Assembly: GCA_965249725.1 (NCBI GenBank)
Contig: CBDFMQ010000002.1
Span: 480,001-544,000 of the forward strand
DNA length: 64,000 bases
Source: Longimicrobiales bacterium
GTDB lineage: Bacteria; Gemmatimonadota; Gemmatimonadetes; Longimicrobiales; Gaopeijiaceae
Direction of reading: 5' to 3'
A program made the position numbers and the translations under genes. This document shows, piece by piece, positions 1-9,118 of the stretch. Positions within the stretch are counted from its first letter, which is position 1. Each line of letters begins with the position of its first letter. Under the pieces are notes generated by a model that made no database searches, was not told where the DNA came from, and saw nothing but the letters and a program-made list of their open reading frames with translations.

Positions 1-5
1 AGCTT

Positions 6-962
6 TTGAGCGAGTCCTACCAGCTGTTCGGTATGGTGCCCCGAGGCATGGATCTGCGGGCCGTCCTGAAGGACCTCTATCTGGAGCAGGTGGCGGGCTT
101 CTACGATCCGGATTCCACCACGCTGTTCGTCCTGGACGATCAGCCCGAGGACGCCCTGGAGTCGCTTCTCGTGCACGAGCTGGTACACGCCATCCAGGAT
201 CAGAGCACGGACTTGGACGCAATTACCGATCCCGAGTTGGGGAACGACCGACAGGTAGCGGCTCAGGCGGCGATCGAGGGTCACGCCACGCTCGTCATGT
301 TCGAGTTCCTCATGGAACTCCAAGGAGGCTCGGTAGACCTGACCGAGATGAGCAACTTCACCGATCTGCTGCGTCCCGCCCTCGAGGCCGCGCGGACCCA
401 ATCGCCGGCGCTGGCCGGGGCCCCTCTGGTCCTGCAGGAGTCGCTTCTGTTCCCATATCTGGGGGGAGCAGCGTTCGTCGAGGCTCTTTGGAAGGCGGAG
501 CCGGGGCGTCCCCCGCCTTTTGGTCCGCGACTGCCCGCATCCACTGAACAGATCCTCCACCCCGAGAGGTTCCTCGGCGCCGAGCGGGACCTGCCCGAGA
601 CCGTCGAGCTGGAGGCCCCTGCCGGGTGGCATCAGGTCTACGAAGGCGGCTTGGGTGAACTGGAGACGGCGATTCTGCTCGAAACGCACACGGGCTCTCG
701 CGAACTGTCGGGGGGTTGGGACGGCGACCGGTATCTCCTGCTCGAGAGCGAAGCGGGGACGCGCGTGCTGGTGTGGGTGAGCGTGTGGGACGAGGAGAGC
801 CAGCGCGATCGCTTCCTCGGAGCGCTGAGGCAGCATGCCAATGGGTTCCCCGTCCAAGCCTCCGCGGACGCAGTGGACGTCAGCGGCCGACCCGGCGTTC
901 GCCTCGAGATCGGAGACGCGCCCGACGTGGAAGCGTCCCTCACGGGACCTGCGGGGGGCTGA
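6..962 (+). CDS. Putative zinc metallopeptidase-like protein, probably 5'-truncated by the window edge
   Basis: HELVHAIQDQ (HExxH) motif with a downstream EGHAT glutamate; the ORF starts at the window edge. Confidence 0.6.
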   Translation: MSESYQLFGMVPRGMDLRAVLKDLYLEQVAGFYDPDSTTLFVLDDQPEDALESLLVHELVHAIQDQSTDLDAITDPELGNDRQVAAQAAIEGHATLVMFEFLMELQGGSVDLTEMSNFTDLLRPALEAARTQSPALAGAPLVLQESLLFPYLGGAAFVEALWKAEPGRPPPFGPRLPASTEQILHPERFLGAERDLPETVELEAPAGWHQVYEGGLGELETAILLETHTGSRELSGGWDGDRYLLLESEAGTRVLVWVSVWDEESQRDRFLGALRQHANGFPVQASADAVDVSGRPGVRLEIGDAPDVEASLTGPAGG

Positions 963-967
963 GCCAT

Positions 968-2095
968 ATGACCTCTCCGAACGCGACGTCTACTTCGGTC
1001 CAAAGCGGCGGCCAGACCTCGGACTACCGGGTGCTCGTTGGCCGTGGTTTGCTGGCCGCGCTTCCGGACCTGCTCCGGGAACACGCGCCGGCCCACCGCT
1101 ACGCCGTCATTACGGATTCGACCGTTGCCGATCTCTACGGCACCCCAGTGCTGGAGGCTCTCCGTGAGTCCGGCCTGGCGGCGGATCTGTTGTCCTTCCC
1201 CGCCGGGGAGCGGCACAAGACCCGAGCCCACTGGATGGACCTCACCGACGGCCTGCTCGAACGAGGCTTTGGACGGGATTCCTGTGTGGTGGCGCTTGGC
1301 GGTGGAGTCGTGGGGGATCTGGGCGGCTTCGTAGCAGCGACGTACATGCGGGGGGTGCCGGTCGTTCAGGTACCGACGAGCCTGGTAGCCATGGTCGATG
1401 CCTCGATCGGAGGAAAGACCGGGGTGGACGTCGAGTGGGGCAAGAACCTGGTCGGGGCCTTCCATGCACCGAACCTGGTGGTGGCCGATCCGGAGGTGAT
1501 CCGGACCTTGCCGCGCGAGGAGCGCGCTCAGGGTCTGGTGGAGGCGGTGAAGCACGGCGCCATCATGGACGGTCCCTACCTCGAGATGCTGGAGCAGAAC
1601 ATGGCCGCGTTGCTGGACGGCGAGGTCGACGCGGTCGAGCGAGCCGTCGCACGGTCCGTGGAGCTCAAGGCCGAGGTGGTTTCCGCAGACGAGCGGGAGG
1701 CGGGACGGCGCGAGATCCTCAACTTCGGGCATACTCTGGGACATGCGCTCGAGGGCGCTTCGGCATATGGCCTACCCCATGGAACGGCGGTCGCAGTGGG
1801 CATGTTCCTCGAGGCCCGTCTCGGAGAAGAATGCGGGGTGACCGAGGGCGGAGTCGCGGACCATCTCGCTCGCGTCGCCGAAACGCTCGAGCTGGATCTG
1901 GCGTTACCCGAAGGGGCCGCGCCGAACGAGATCGTGTCGTATCTTGGGCTCGACAAGAAAGCACGGCAGGGCCGACCGAAGTTTGTGCTTCTCTCGCGAA
2001 TCGGTATGGTGCACCGCACCGACGATTCATGGAGTCGGGCGGTAGACGACGACCTGGTGCGGGATTTGTTGAATTCGATGACCACGAAGGGGTGA
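968..2095 (+). CDS. aroB: 3-dehydroquinate synthase
   Basis: Motifs GGGVVGDLGGFVAATYMRG, PTSLVAMVDASIGGKTG and LNFGHTLGHALE. Start placed at ATG 968, just after the upstream stop. Confidence 0.95.
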   Translation: MTSPNATSTSVQSGGQTSDYRVLVGRGLLAALPDLLREHAPAHRYAVITDSTVADLYGTPVLEALRESGLAADLLSFPAGERHKTRAHWMDLTDGLLERGFGRDSCVVALGGGVVGDLGGFVAATYMRGVPVVQVPTSLVAMVDASIGGKTGVDVEWGKNLVGAFHAPNLVVADPEVIRTLPREERAQGLVEAVKHGAIMDGPYLEMLEQNMAALLDGEVDAVERAVARSVELKAEVVSADEREAGRREILNFGHTLGHALEGASAYGLPHGTAVAVGMFLEARLGEECGVTEGGVADHLARVAETLELDLALPEGAAPNEIVSYLGLDKKARQGRPKFVLLSRIGMVHRTDDSWSRAVDDDLVRDLLNSMTTKG

Positions 2096-2127
2096 TTCGG
2101 AGGATTGAGGCCTGTTGAAGGAGTACA

Positions 2128-3753
2128 GTGGTAGAACTCTCTAGCGGTGTAGCGGAGTTGGGCCGCGTGCCGAACCAGAGCGTGGCGAGCGTTCTTGCTG
2201 CGAGGGCGACGACAGATCCCGAAGGGGTGTTCCTGGTCCTGAACGACGAGCAGGTAACGTTCGGACAGTTGGAAAGCCGGGCAGAGGCTCTCACGGCCTC
2301 TCTCGCCGGACTCGGCATCGAGGCGGGTGACCGCGTCGCCGTCGTCATGCCCTCCTGGCCCGAGTTCGTCATCTCGATGTTCGCCGTGGCCAAGCTCGGC
2401 GCGGTTCTCGTGCCGCTGAACCCGCGAATCACCGCCACGGATCTCCAATACACTCTCCGGCACTCCGAGGCCGTGGCAGCCATCACGGCCGAGTCGCTCG
2501 GGGACCTCGACTTCCTGCAGCTCTTCGAAGACCTCCTGATTCAGCTCCCTGATCTTCAGTACCTGATTACCGTAGGTGATGAGGACCTCTGGTACGACGA
2601 TCGAATCTTCCAGTTCGAAGATCTGTTGTCTGCCGGTGGAGGTCGGGACTACGCGGCTCAGGCCGTCGAGCCGAGCGAAGACCTGTTCGCGGTTGTCTAC
2701 ACGTCGGGGACCACGGGAAAGCCGAAGGGCGTCGAGTTGACGCACAGCAACATCTTGGGGGTGGCAGCGAGTACCGCGGAGGCCCTCCGTTTGACTTCGG
2801 ACGATCGGGTAGTGGGAGTGACGGCCCTCTTCCACGTGTTCGGCCTGGGCCCGGGTGTGCTCGGGAGCCTGGTCTCGGGGTCGGCCTTGGTTCTCCAGGA
2901 CCAGTTCGGGGGCGCCGGTTCACTCGATCTGATCGAGCGCCACGGTGCGACCGTGCACCACGGCGTCCCGACGCTCTTCGCGACCGAGCTTCACGAGCAG
3001 AAGTCGCAGCCCCGTGATCTCTCTTCTCTCAGGGTGGGATTGGTAGCCGGAGCACCCGTGTCCGACGAATTCGTTTCGGCCGTCACCGAGTCCCTGTGCC
3101 CGGAACTGCTCGTGGCGTATTCCCTCACCGAGGCCTCGTCGACCGTCTGCATCACACGGTCGGACGACCCGGAGACCAAGCGTCTCTTCACGGTTGGCCG
3201 GCCCATCGAGGGCACCGAGGTGAAGATCCTCGATCCGGAGGGGGGAGAGGAGCTTCCGGTAGAGAGCGTAGGCGAGATCGGGGTGCGCGGACCGGGCGTA
3301 ATGAACGGTTACTACAGGCAGCCCAAGGAGACCGCGAACTCGTTCGACTCGGATGGGTTCTTCCTGACCGGCGACCTGGGGATGATAGACGAAGAGGGCT
3401 ACGTCCATTTGGTCGGTCGTCAGAAAGAGGTTATCATCCGCGGTGGCTACAACGTTTACCCCCGGGAAGTTGAGGATAGACTTCACTCTCACCCGGCGGT
3501 GCGGGAGGCCGTGGTGGCCGGAGTCCCAGATGATATTCTGGGAGAAGCCATCTGCGCGTGCGTCGTTCCCGACGAGGGCGCCATCGTTACCGGTCAGGAA
3601 GTCTTAGACTGGTGCGCGGCAACGCTCGCGGACTACAAGGTTCCCGATCTGGTCCACTTTGTGGACGATTTTCCAATGACGGGCACCGGCAAGGTCCGAC
3701 GAGTAGAGCTCTCACGCAGAGTTCGGGCGGAGCACGAGCGCTACAAGACATGA
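2128..3753 (+). CDS. Long-chain acyl-CoA synthetase / AMP-binding (class I adenylate-forming) enzyme
   Basis: [14 protein letters not shown]-binding loop, YSLTE, TGDLG, and C-terminal TGKV lysine. Confidence 0.9.
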   Translation: MVELSSGVAELGRVPNQSVASVLAARATTDPEGVFLVLNDEQVTFGQLESRAEALTASLAGLGIEAGDRVAVVMPSWPEFVISMFAVAKLGAVLVPLNPRITATDLQYTLRHSEAVAAITAESLGDLDFLQLFEDLLIQLPDLQYLITVGDEDLWYDDRIFQFEDLLSAGGGRDYAAQAVEPSEDLFAVVYTSGTTGKPKGVELTHSNILGVAASTAEALRLTSDDRVVGVTALFHVFGLGPGVLGSLVSGSALVLQDQFGGAGSLDLIERHGATVHHGVPTLFATELHEQKSQPRDLSSLRVGLVAGAPVSDEFVSAVTESLCPELLVAYSLTEASSTVCITRSDDPETKRLFTVGRPIEGTEVKILDPEGGEELPVESVGEIGVRGPGVMNGYYRQPKETANSFDSDGFFLTGDLGMIDEEGYVHLVGRQKEVIIRGGYNVYPREVEDRLHSHPAVREAVVAGVPDDILGEAICACVVPDEGAIVTGQEVLDWCAATLADYKVPDLVHFVDDFPMTGTGKVRRVELSRRVRAEHERYKT

Positions 3754-3888
3754 AGTACAGCCGGGCACTCTGATACCGGCCCCCCTTACCCCTACCAGAT
3801 TCGACTGTCGAAACGGACACGATGACCTGGTGTGGGTGGGGAGGTCTTGCGAGTGCAGCCGGCACACACGCATCGCAAGAAGGAACCA

Positions 3889-6105
3889 ATGAATCAGTAC
3901 AGTCAGGCCCCCCATGTAGAGGGGCCCAGCAAGGCCATGGCCGACGCCCCCAATGCGGCCCTCCTCATCGACTTCGACAACGTCACGATGGGGATGCGGA
4001 GTGACCTCTCCAAGGAACTGAAGAGCCTCCTCCAGTCCGACGTCATTCGCGGCAAGGTCACCGTGCAGCGGGCCTACGCCGATTGGCGTCGCTACCCGCA
4101 GTACATCGTCCCGCTTTCCGAAGCCTCCGTCGACCTGATCTTCGCTCCCGCGTATGGGAGCTCGAAGAAGAACGCCACCGATATTCGGATGGCCATCGAC
4201 GGTGTCGAGCTCGTCTTCATCCGTCCCGAGATCGGGACCTACATTCTCCTGACGGGTGATTCCGACTTCTCGAGCCTCGTCTTGAAGCTCAAGGAGTACG
4301 GTAAGTACGTCATCGGCGTGGGAATCCAGGAGTCCAGCTCCGACATTCTCGTGCAGAACTGCGACGAGTACTACTCGTACACGAGCCTGACCGGTCTGCG
4401 GAAGACCACCGACAGTGTCGGCAAGCCCGCGGATCCCTGGGAGTTGGTGGGCGAGGCCCTTTCCCGGATGACCAAACGGAACGACGTCATGCGGTCGGAC
4501 CGCCTCAAGCAGGTGATGATCGAGCTCGACCCGACCTTCGACGAGGGGGGCTTCGGATTCAGCAAATTCTCCAAGTTCCTGGCGGAGGCCGCATCGCGCG
4601 GGATCGCCCAGCTCCACAAGCTCGAAAACGGGCAGTACGAGGTGAAGCCGGCTCGCAAGGGCGCGAGCACGTCGTCGTCGGACAGCGGCACCCGCGAGCG
4701 TAAGGGCCGGGGCCCCGCCGCCCGTAGAACGAGATCGGGGAGGCCGGAGCGGTCCGGGAGGCCGGAACGATCCGAGAGGGAGGAACGGTCCGAAACGTCT
4801 GATGCGTCCGCGGGGGCATCGGAGTCCGCCTCATCGAGCGAGACCGGCGGGGATCCGCTCCGTGACGCCTATGACCTGATGCTGGCCTGCCTGCGCACGC
4901 TCAAAGAGAAGGGCCGGGATTCGGTCCGTGATTCCGACGTCAAGCGGAAGATGCTCGAGCGTGCATCCGGGTTCGATGAGGCCGAACTGGGGTTCGCCAA
5001 GTTCAGCAAGTTCCTGCTGCAGGCCGAGGAGCACGGCGTGGTCCGCCTGGAGAAGACCGAGACGGGCAACTATCGGGTCTCCCTCAATGAGGGCGACGTG
5101 GGCGACGTGGACGGCGAGCCGCGGCAGGCTGATGAGCCGTCTCGTGAGCCGGTAGCATCGACGGCGGAGACGACGGTGGAGACGACGGCGGAGTCGCCGG
5201 TGGAGTCTCGAGGCGCAGAGGAGGGTCGCGCGCCGGCGGGTGATCCGGCGAGGGACCCAGCGGGTGGTAGGGGACGGACCAGTCAGACGAGCCAGGCGGC
5301 CGCGGGTCGTCTAGGCCCCCGCGGCGGATCGGGACGGCGCCGCGACGCGGACGGCCCCGTGCTCTTCGAGGGCCAGGCAGTCGGCAAGAGCACGGGTGCG
5401 AGCGGCTCGTCTCAGAGTTCTGGAGCAGGGCAGGTGCCGGTGAGCGCCTTGGACCTGCCTACCGGCAGCGACGCGATGATCGGTTATCTGACCAACTCCT
5501 ATAAGGGAGTCGGCAAGAAGACGGCTGAAGCCCTGGTCGGGGCATTCGGGGACTCGCTCTTCGAGGTCTTTCAGAACTCGCCCAAGCGGGTGAACGAGGT
5601 CGTGCCCCGACGGGCCGAGCAGGTCCTGGCGGAATGGCGTACGGACTACGCGAGGCGCACAGAAAGCGCCGGCGGTGCCGCTGCGTCGGCCCCGTCACCT
5701 GGCGTTGGCCGCGAAAAGGCCGAGCAGCGTGGTCCCCAGAGAGACCGTCAGCCTCGCGGAGGAAGGTCCTCCGGGGGACAGCGCCAGTCGCAGGGGAGGG
5801 GCGCGGCTAGGGTGCAGAGCCAGCCTCAGGGAGGAAGCTCGTCCAGGGAGCAGAGCCCGCCGCAGGGAGGTCGCTCGTCCGGGGAGCAGCGCCCGCCGCA
5901 GGGAGGTCGTCCACCCAGAGAGGAACGTCAGCCCTTGGCCGAGCAGCCGCCCACTGAGAGACAGCAGGACGTCTCTGTGAGCACCGAGCCGGACCGTGAG
6001 GGGCAGTCCTCCTCCAGAGCGGTGCCGCGAGGTCGTGGTGGGGCGCGGAGAACACGTCGCGGATCGAGGCGAGATTCGCCCGGTTCCGACAACGAAGCGA
6101 GCTGA
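3889..6105 (+). CDS. NYN (LabA/DUF88) ribonuclease domain protein with two LOTUS/OST-HTH domains, an HhH module and long disordered regions
   Basis: IDFDN, KNATDIRMAID and LTGDSDF NYN motifs; two FDExxxGFxKFSKFL LOTUS motifs; KGVGKKTAE HhH; AAGGA RBS before ATG 3889. Confidence 0.88.
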   Translation: MNQYSQAPHVEGPSKAMADAPNAALLIDFDNVTMGMRSDLSKELKSLLQSDVIRGKVTVQRAYADWRRYPQYIVPLSEASVDLIFAPAYGSSKKNATDIRMAIDGVELVFIRPEIGTYILLTGDSDFSSLVLKLKEYGKYVIGVGIQESSSDILVQNCDEYYSYTSLTGLRKTTDSVGKPADPWELVGEALSRMTKRNDVMRSDRLKQVMIELDPTFDEGGFGFSKFSKFLAEAASRGIAQLHKLENGQYEVKPARKGASTSSSDSGTRERKGRGPAARRTRSGRPERSGRPERSEREERSETSDASAGASESASSSETGGDPLRDAYDLMLACLRTLKEKGRDSVRDSDVKRKMLERASGFDEAELGFAKFSKFLLQAEEHGVVRLEKTETGNYRVSLNEGDVGDVDGEPRQADEPSREPVASTAETTVETTAESPVESRGAEEGRAPAGDPARDPAGGRGRTSQTSQAAAGRLGPRGGSGRRRDADGPVLFEGQAVGKSTGASGSSQSSGAGQVPVSALDLPTGSDAMIGYLTNSYKGVGKKTAEALVGAFGDSLFEVFQNSPKRVNEVVPRRAEQVLAEWRTDYARRTESAGGAAASAPSPGVGREKAEQRGPQRDRQPRGGRSSGGQRQSQGRGAARVQSQPQGGSSSREQSPPQGGRSSGEQRPPQGGRPPREERQPLAEQPPTERQQDVSVSTEPDREGQSSSRAVPRGRGGARRTRRGSRRDSPGSDNEAS

Positions 6106-6117
6106 CCGGAAGACCTC

Positions 6118-6777
6118 ATGACCCCGGGGTCGGCGAGCCTAACGCTGGGCGAACCGTCCCTCGAAGTGCTCGACCGTGACTTCTTCGCCCGGTCGGCTGA
6201 GGACGTGGCTCCGGACCTGCTCGGTACTCGGTTGGTCTCCACCGTGGATGGGCGGCGCACCGAAAGCGTGATCGTCGAGGTCGAGGCCTATCTCGGCCCG
6301 TCCGACCCGGCTTCACACGCATCGACCAGGAACGGCCGGACGCGACGCAACGCCACCATGTTCGGTCCGCCCGGACTCGCCTACGTGTATCTCAGCTATG
6401 GGATCCATTGGTGCCTCAACGTGGTGACCGGTGTGGACGGCGTGGCCGGTGCCGTGCTCATTCGGGCGGTGGACCCGGTGGACGGGTTGGATGTCATGTC
6501 CGACCGCCGCGGCCGATCGCAGGATCTCGGCTCGGGTCCGGGTCGCGTGGGTCAGGCGCTGGGTGTCACGAAGGCGCTGGATGGACACGACCTCTCGGCC
6601 CCTCCGCTCAGGCTCCTGGCGGGCTGGCCTGTGGAGCCTTCCACCGTCGCAGTATCCCCCCGGATCGGGATATCCCGGGCAAAACAACGGCCGCTTCGCT
6701 TCTATGTATCGGGCAATCCATGTGTGTCCCGAAGTCGAGGCGGTCAATCGCTTGAACGGCCTTTTGCGGGACGGTAA
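6118..6777 (+). CDS. mpg: DNA-3-methyladenine glycosylase (MPG/AAG family)
   Basis: IVEVEAY, YVYLSYGIHWCLNVV, AVLIRA and SPRIGI motifs. Confidence 0.92.
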   Translation: MTPGSASLTLGEPSLEVLDRDFFARSAEDVAPDLLGTRLVSTVDGRRTESVIVEVEAYLGPSDPASHASTRNGRTRRNATMFGPPGLAYVYLSYGIHWCLNVVTGVDGVAGAVLIRAVDPVDGLDVMSDRRGRSQDLGSGPGRVGQALGVTKALDGHDLSAPPLRLLAGWPVEPSTVAVSPRIGISRAKQRPLRFYVSGNPCVSRSRGGQSLERPFAGR

Positions 6778-6780
6778 CTT
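6752..6780 (+). promoter_or_regulatory. Candidate sigma70-type promoter for etfBA
   Basis: TTGAAC (6752-6757), 17-nt spacer, TAACTT (6775-6780), about 45 nt before etfB. Confidence 0.45.
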
Positions 6781-6825
6781 TAGCGTGCCAAATCGTTGAA
6801 CGGCAATGAATTGGAGTAGAGGACC

Positions 6826-7575
6826 TTGAATATCATCGTATGCATAAAGCGGGTGCCGGACACGGAGACACGCATCCGCCTGGCGGATGGCGAAAAGGAC
6901 ATCGATTCGGGCGGGGTGAAGTACGTCATGAGCCCCTATGACGAGTTCGCTCTCGAGGCCGCTCTCCGCATGAGGGACGAGCGGGGTGAGAGCGAAGTAA
7001 CCGTGTTGACTCTCGGTGAAGACAGTGCCCAGGAGACGCTGCGCGCGGGTCTGGCCGTGGGTGCGGATGCCGCCGTCCTTCTCAAGGGAACCGTCACCAT
7101 GGACGGCCTCGCCACTGCGAAGGTCCTGGCTGCGGAACTCGAGGACCGGGATGCCCCGCTCGTGCTCTTCGGGGTCAAGGCGGCCGACGACGACCAACAG
7201 CAGGTTGGCCCCATGGTCGCGACGCTCCTTGATCGTGCGTGTACGTCGAACGTGACGAGCTTCGAGCTCGGTGACGGAGTGGTGACGTGCCGTCGGGAGG
7301 TCGAGGGAGGTACCGAGGTGGTCGAGCTGCAGCTGCCGGCTGTGGTGTCCATAACGAAGGGGGCATTCGAGCCTCGCTATGCCTCGTTGAAGGGGATCAT
7401 GGCGGCGAAGAAGAAGCCCCTCGAGCAGAAGGATGTCGAGGTGCCCGAGAGCCGCCTCACGGTTGAACGACTGGAGTATCCCGCCGCTCGGGCCGAGGGC
7501 CGCATTGTCGGCGAAGGTGCCGAAGCCGTGCCCGAATTGGTGCGCCTCCTTCGCGAGGAGGCCAACGCTCTCTAG
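6826..7575 (+). CDS. etfB: Electron transfer flavoprotein beta subunit
   Basis: IIVCIKRVPD, PYDEFALEAAL and PRYASLKGIMAAKKKP; TTG start with an upstream GAGGA. Confidence 0.95.
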   Translation: MNIIVCIKRVPDTETRIRLADGEKDIDSGGVKYVMSPYDEFALEAALRMRDERGESEVTVLTLGEDSAQETLRAGLAVGADAAVLLKGTVTMDGLATAKVLAAELEDRDAPLVLFGVKAADDDQQQVGPMVATLLDRACTSNVTSFELGDGVVTCRREVEGGTEVVELQLPAVVSITKGAFEPRYASLKGIMAAKKKPLEQKDVEVPESRLTVERLEYPAARAEGRIVGEGAEAVPELVRLLREEANAL

Positions 7576-7616
7576 CTGATCCTGTACTTCAGACTGAATA
7601 GCATCGGAGACTAGCA

Positions 7617-8603
7617 ATGGGCGACATTCTCGCCTTCGCGGAACAGAAGGCCGGCCAGATCAGAGCAGCGGCGCACAAAGTGGTATCAACGGCCGCAACC
7701 ACGTCGGCGGAGTTGGGTGGTTCGGCGCACGCATTGGTACTGGGCGGACCCGGGGTCGCAGATGCGGCGGCTGGGCTGGGAGCCTTCGGAGCCGCGAGCG
7801 TCCGGGTAGCCCAAGACGAGGCGCTATCCGAGTATTCGCCGGATGTCTATGCCTCTGTCGTGGCTGAGGCTGCTCGGGCGGGCGGCTACGACGCGGTGCT
7901 CTTTCCGGCCACGGCCCAGGGGAAGGATCTTGCGCCCCGGGTGGCCGCCCTTCTCGACGCACCCATGGCGTCGGACATCACTCGTCTGGAGGCGGACGGT
8001 GGAGAGCTCGTAGCCGTGCGACCGATCTATGCGGGCAAGGCGCTTGCCCGGATCAGGTTCCAGTCCTCCCCCTGTGTCATGTCTCTGCGCCCGAATTCGT
8101 TCGGAGCTCAGGAGGTCGACGGCGCGGGTGCGGTCGAAGTTCTCAGTCCGACGATTCCGACGAGCAATGGGACGCGCACGGTGGAGTTCCAGGGTGCCGA
8201 GGGGGGATGGGTAGACGTGTCCGAGGCGAGCGTGGTCGTTGCTGGCGGGAGGGGCATGAGGGAGGCCGAGCAGTGGAAGCTCCTGGAAAACCTCCGAGAC
8301 GCCCTCGGTCCAGGAACGGCTCTCGGCGCATCTCGCGCCGTGGTAGACGCGGGCTGGCGGCCCCACTCGGAGCAGGTTGGTCAGACGGGTAAGACGGTCG
8401 CTCCGGCACTGTACTTCGCGATCGGCATTTCAGGGGCCATTCAGCACCTGGCCGGGATGAGGACGTCTCAGACCATCGTAGCCGTGAACAAGGATGCGGA
8501 TGCACCGATCTTCGGTGTGGCCGACTACGGGATCGTGGGGGATGCCTTCGAGGTGCTGCCGCGCCTGACCCAGGAGATCGCGGCTCTGCGGGCCGAGGGG
8601 TAG
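7617..8603 (+). CDS. etfA: Electron transfer flavoprotein alpha subunit
   Basis: GASRAVVDAGW, QVGQTGK and GISGAIQHLAGM FAD-binding motifs. Confidence 0.95.
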   Translation: MGDILAFAEQKAGQIRAAAHKVVSTAATTSAELGGSAHALVLGGPGVADAAAGLGAFGAASVRVAQDEALSEYSPDVYASVVAEAARAGGYDAVLFPATAQGKDLAPRVAALLDAPMASDITRLEADGGELVAVRPIYAGKALARIRFQSSPCVMSLRPNSFGAQEVDGAGAVEVLSPTIPTSNGTRTVEFQGAEGGWVDVSEASVVVAGGRGMREAEQWKLLENLRDALGPGTALGASRAVVDAGWRPHSEQVGQTGKTVAPALYFAIGISGAIQHLAGMRTSQTIVAVNKDADAPIFGVADYGIVGDAFEVLPRLTQEIAALRAEG

Positions 8604-8632
8604 GGCGGGTCAGGGGGAAGCCCCTCAGAAGA

Positions 8633-8668
8633 ACGTCAGAGGGGGACGTCAGAGGGGCGACGTCAGGG
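8633..8668. repeat. Short imperfect tandem repeat ACGTCAGAGGGG x~3 between convergent genes
   Basis: Copies start at 8633, 8646 and 8660; the last contains the stop codon of the M23 gene. Confidence 0.6.
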
Positions 8669-9118
8669 CCCGGGAGGGCCTCCGAGCATCGCTACGGGGT
8701 CGAGTTGGACCCCTCGCCGCCAGATCTCGAAGTGGAGATGCGGCCCGGTGGCGTTCCCCGTGCTTCCGCTGAGGCCAACGATGTCGCCCTTGGCGAGTTG
8801 ATCACCCGCCTCGACCGAGAGTTCGGAGAGGTGCGCGTAGACCGTCACCACCTCGTCGTCATGGTCCAGCCAGACCACTAGACCAAAGTCTTCCATGGTG
8901 CCGGAGAAACGCACCCGTCCGTCGTTCATGGCGGCAACCGGAGTCCCGACCGGCACCAGGATGTCCACTCCTCGATGCATGTCGGGGAGGGCACCGTCCC
9001 ACCGTACTCCGAAGGGGGCTCCGAGAGGGCCCTCTACGGGCCATCGGGAGATGCTGCAGCCCGCCACCAGGGCCACGCAGAGCAGTGCGAGTGCCGGGGT
9101 GGCGTGCCGAGGCCTCAC
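8663..9118 (-). CDS. M23 family metallopeptidase lipoprotein
   Basis: Lipobox VAGC; HRGVD (HxxxD) and HLH (HxH) zinc ligands intact. Confidence 0.9.
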   Translation of the reverse strand: MRPRHATPALALLCVALVAGCSISRWPVEGPLGAPFGVRWDGALPDMHRGVDILVPVGTPVAAMNDGRVRFSGTMEDFGLVVWLDHDDEVVTVYAHLSELSVEAGDQLAKGDIVGLSGSTGNATGPHLHFEIWRRGVQLDPVAMLGGPPGP

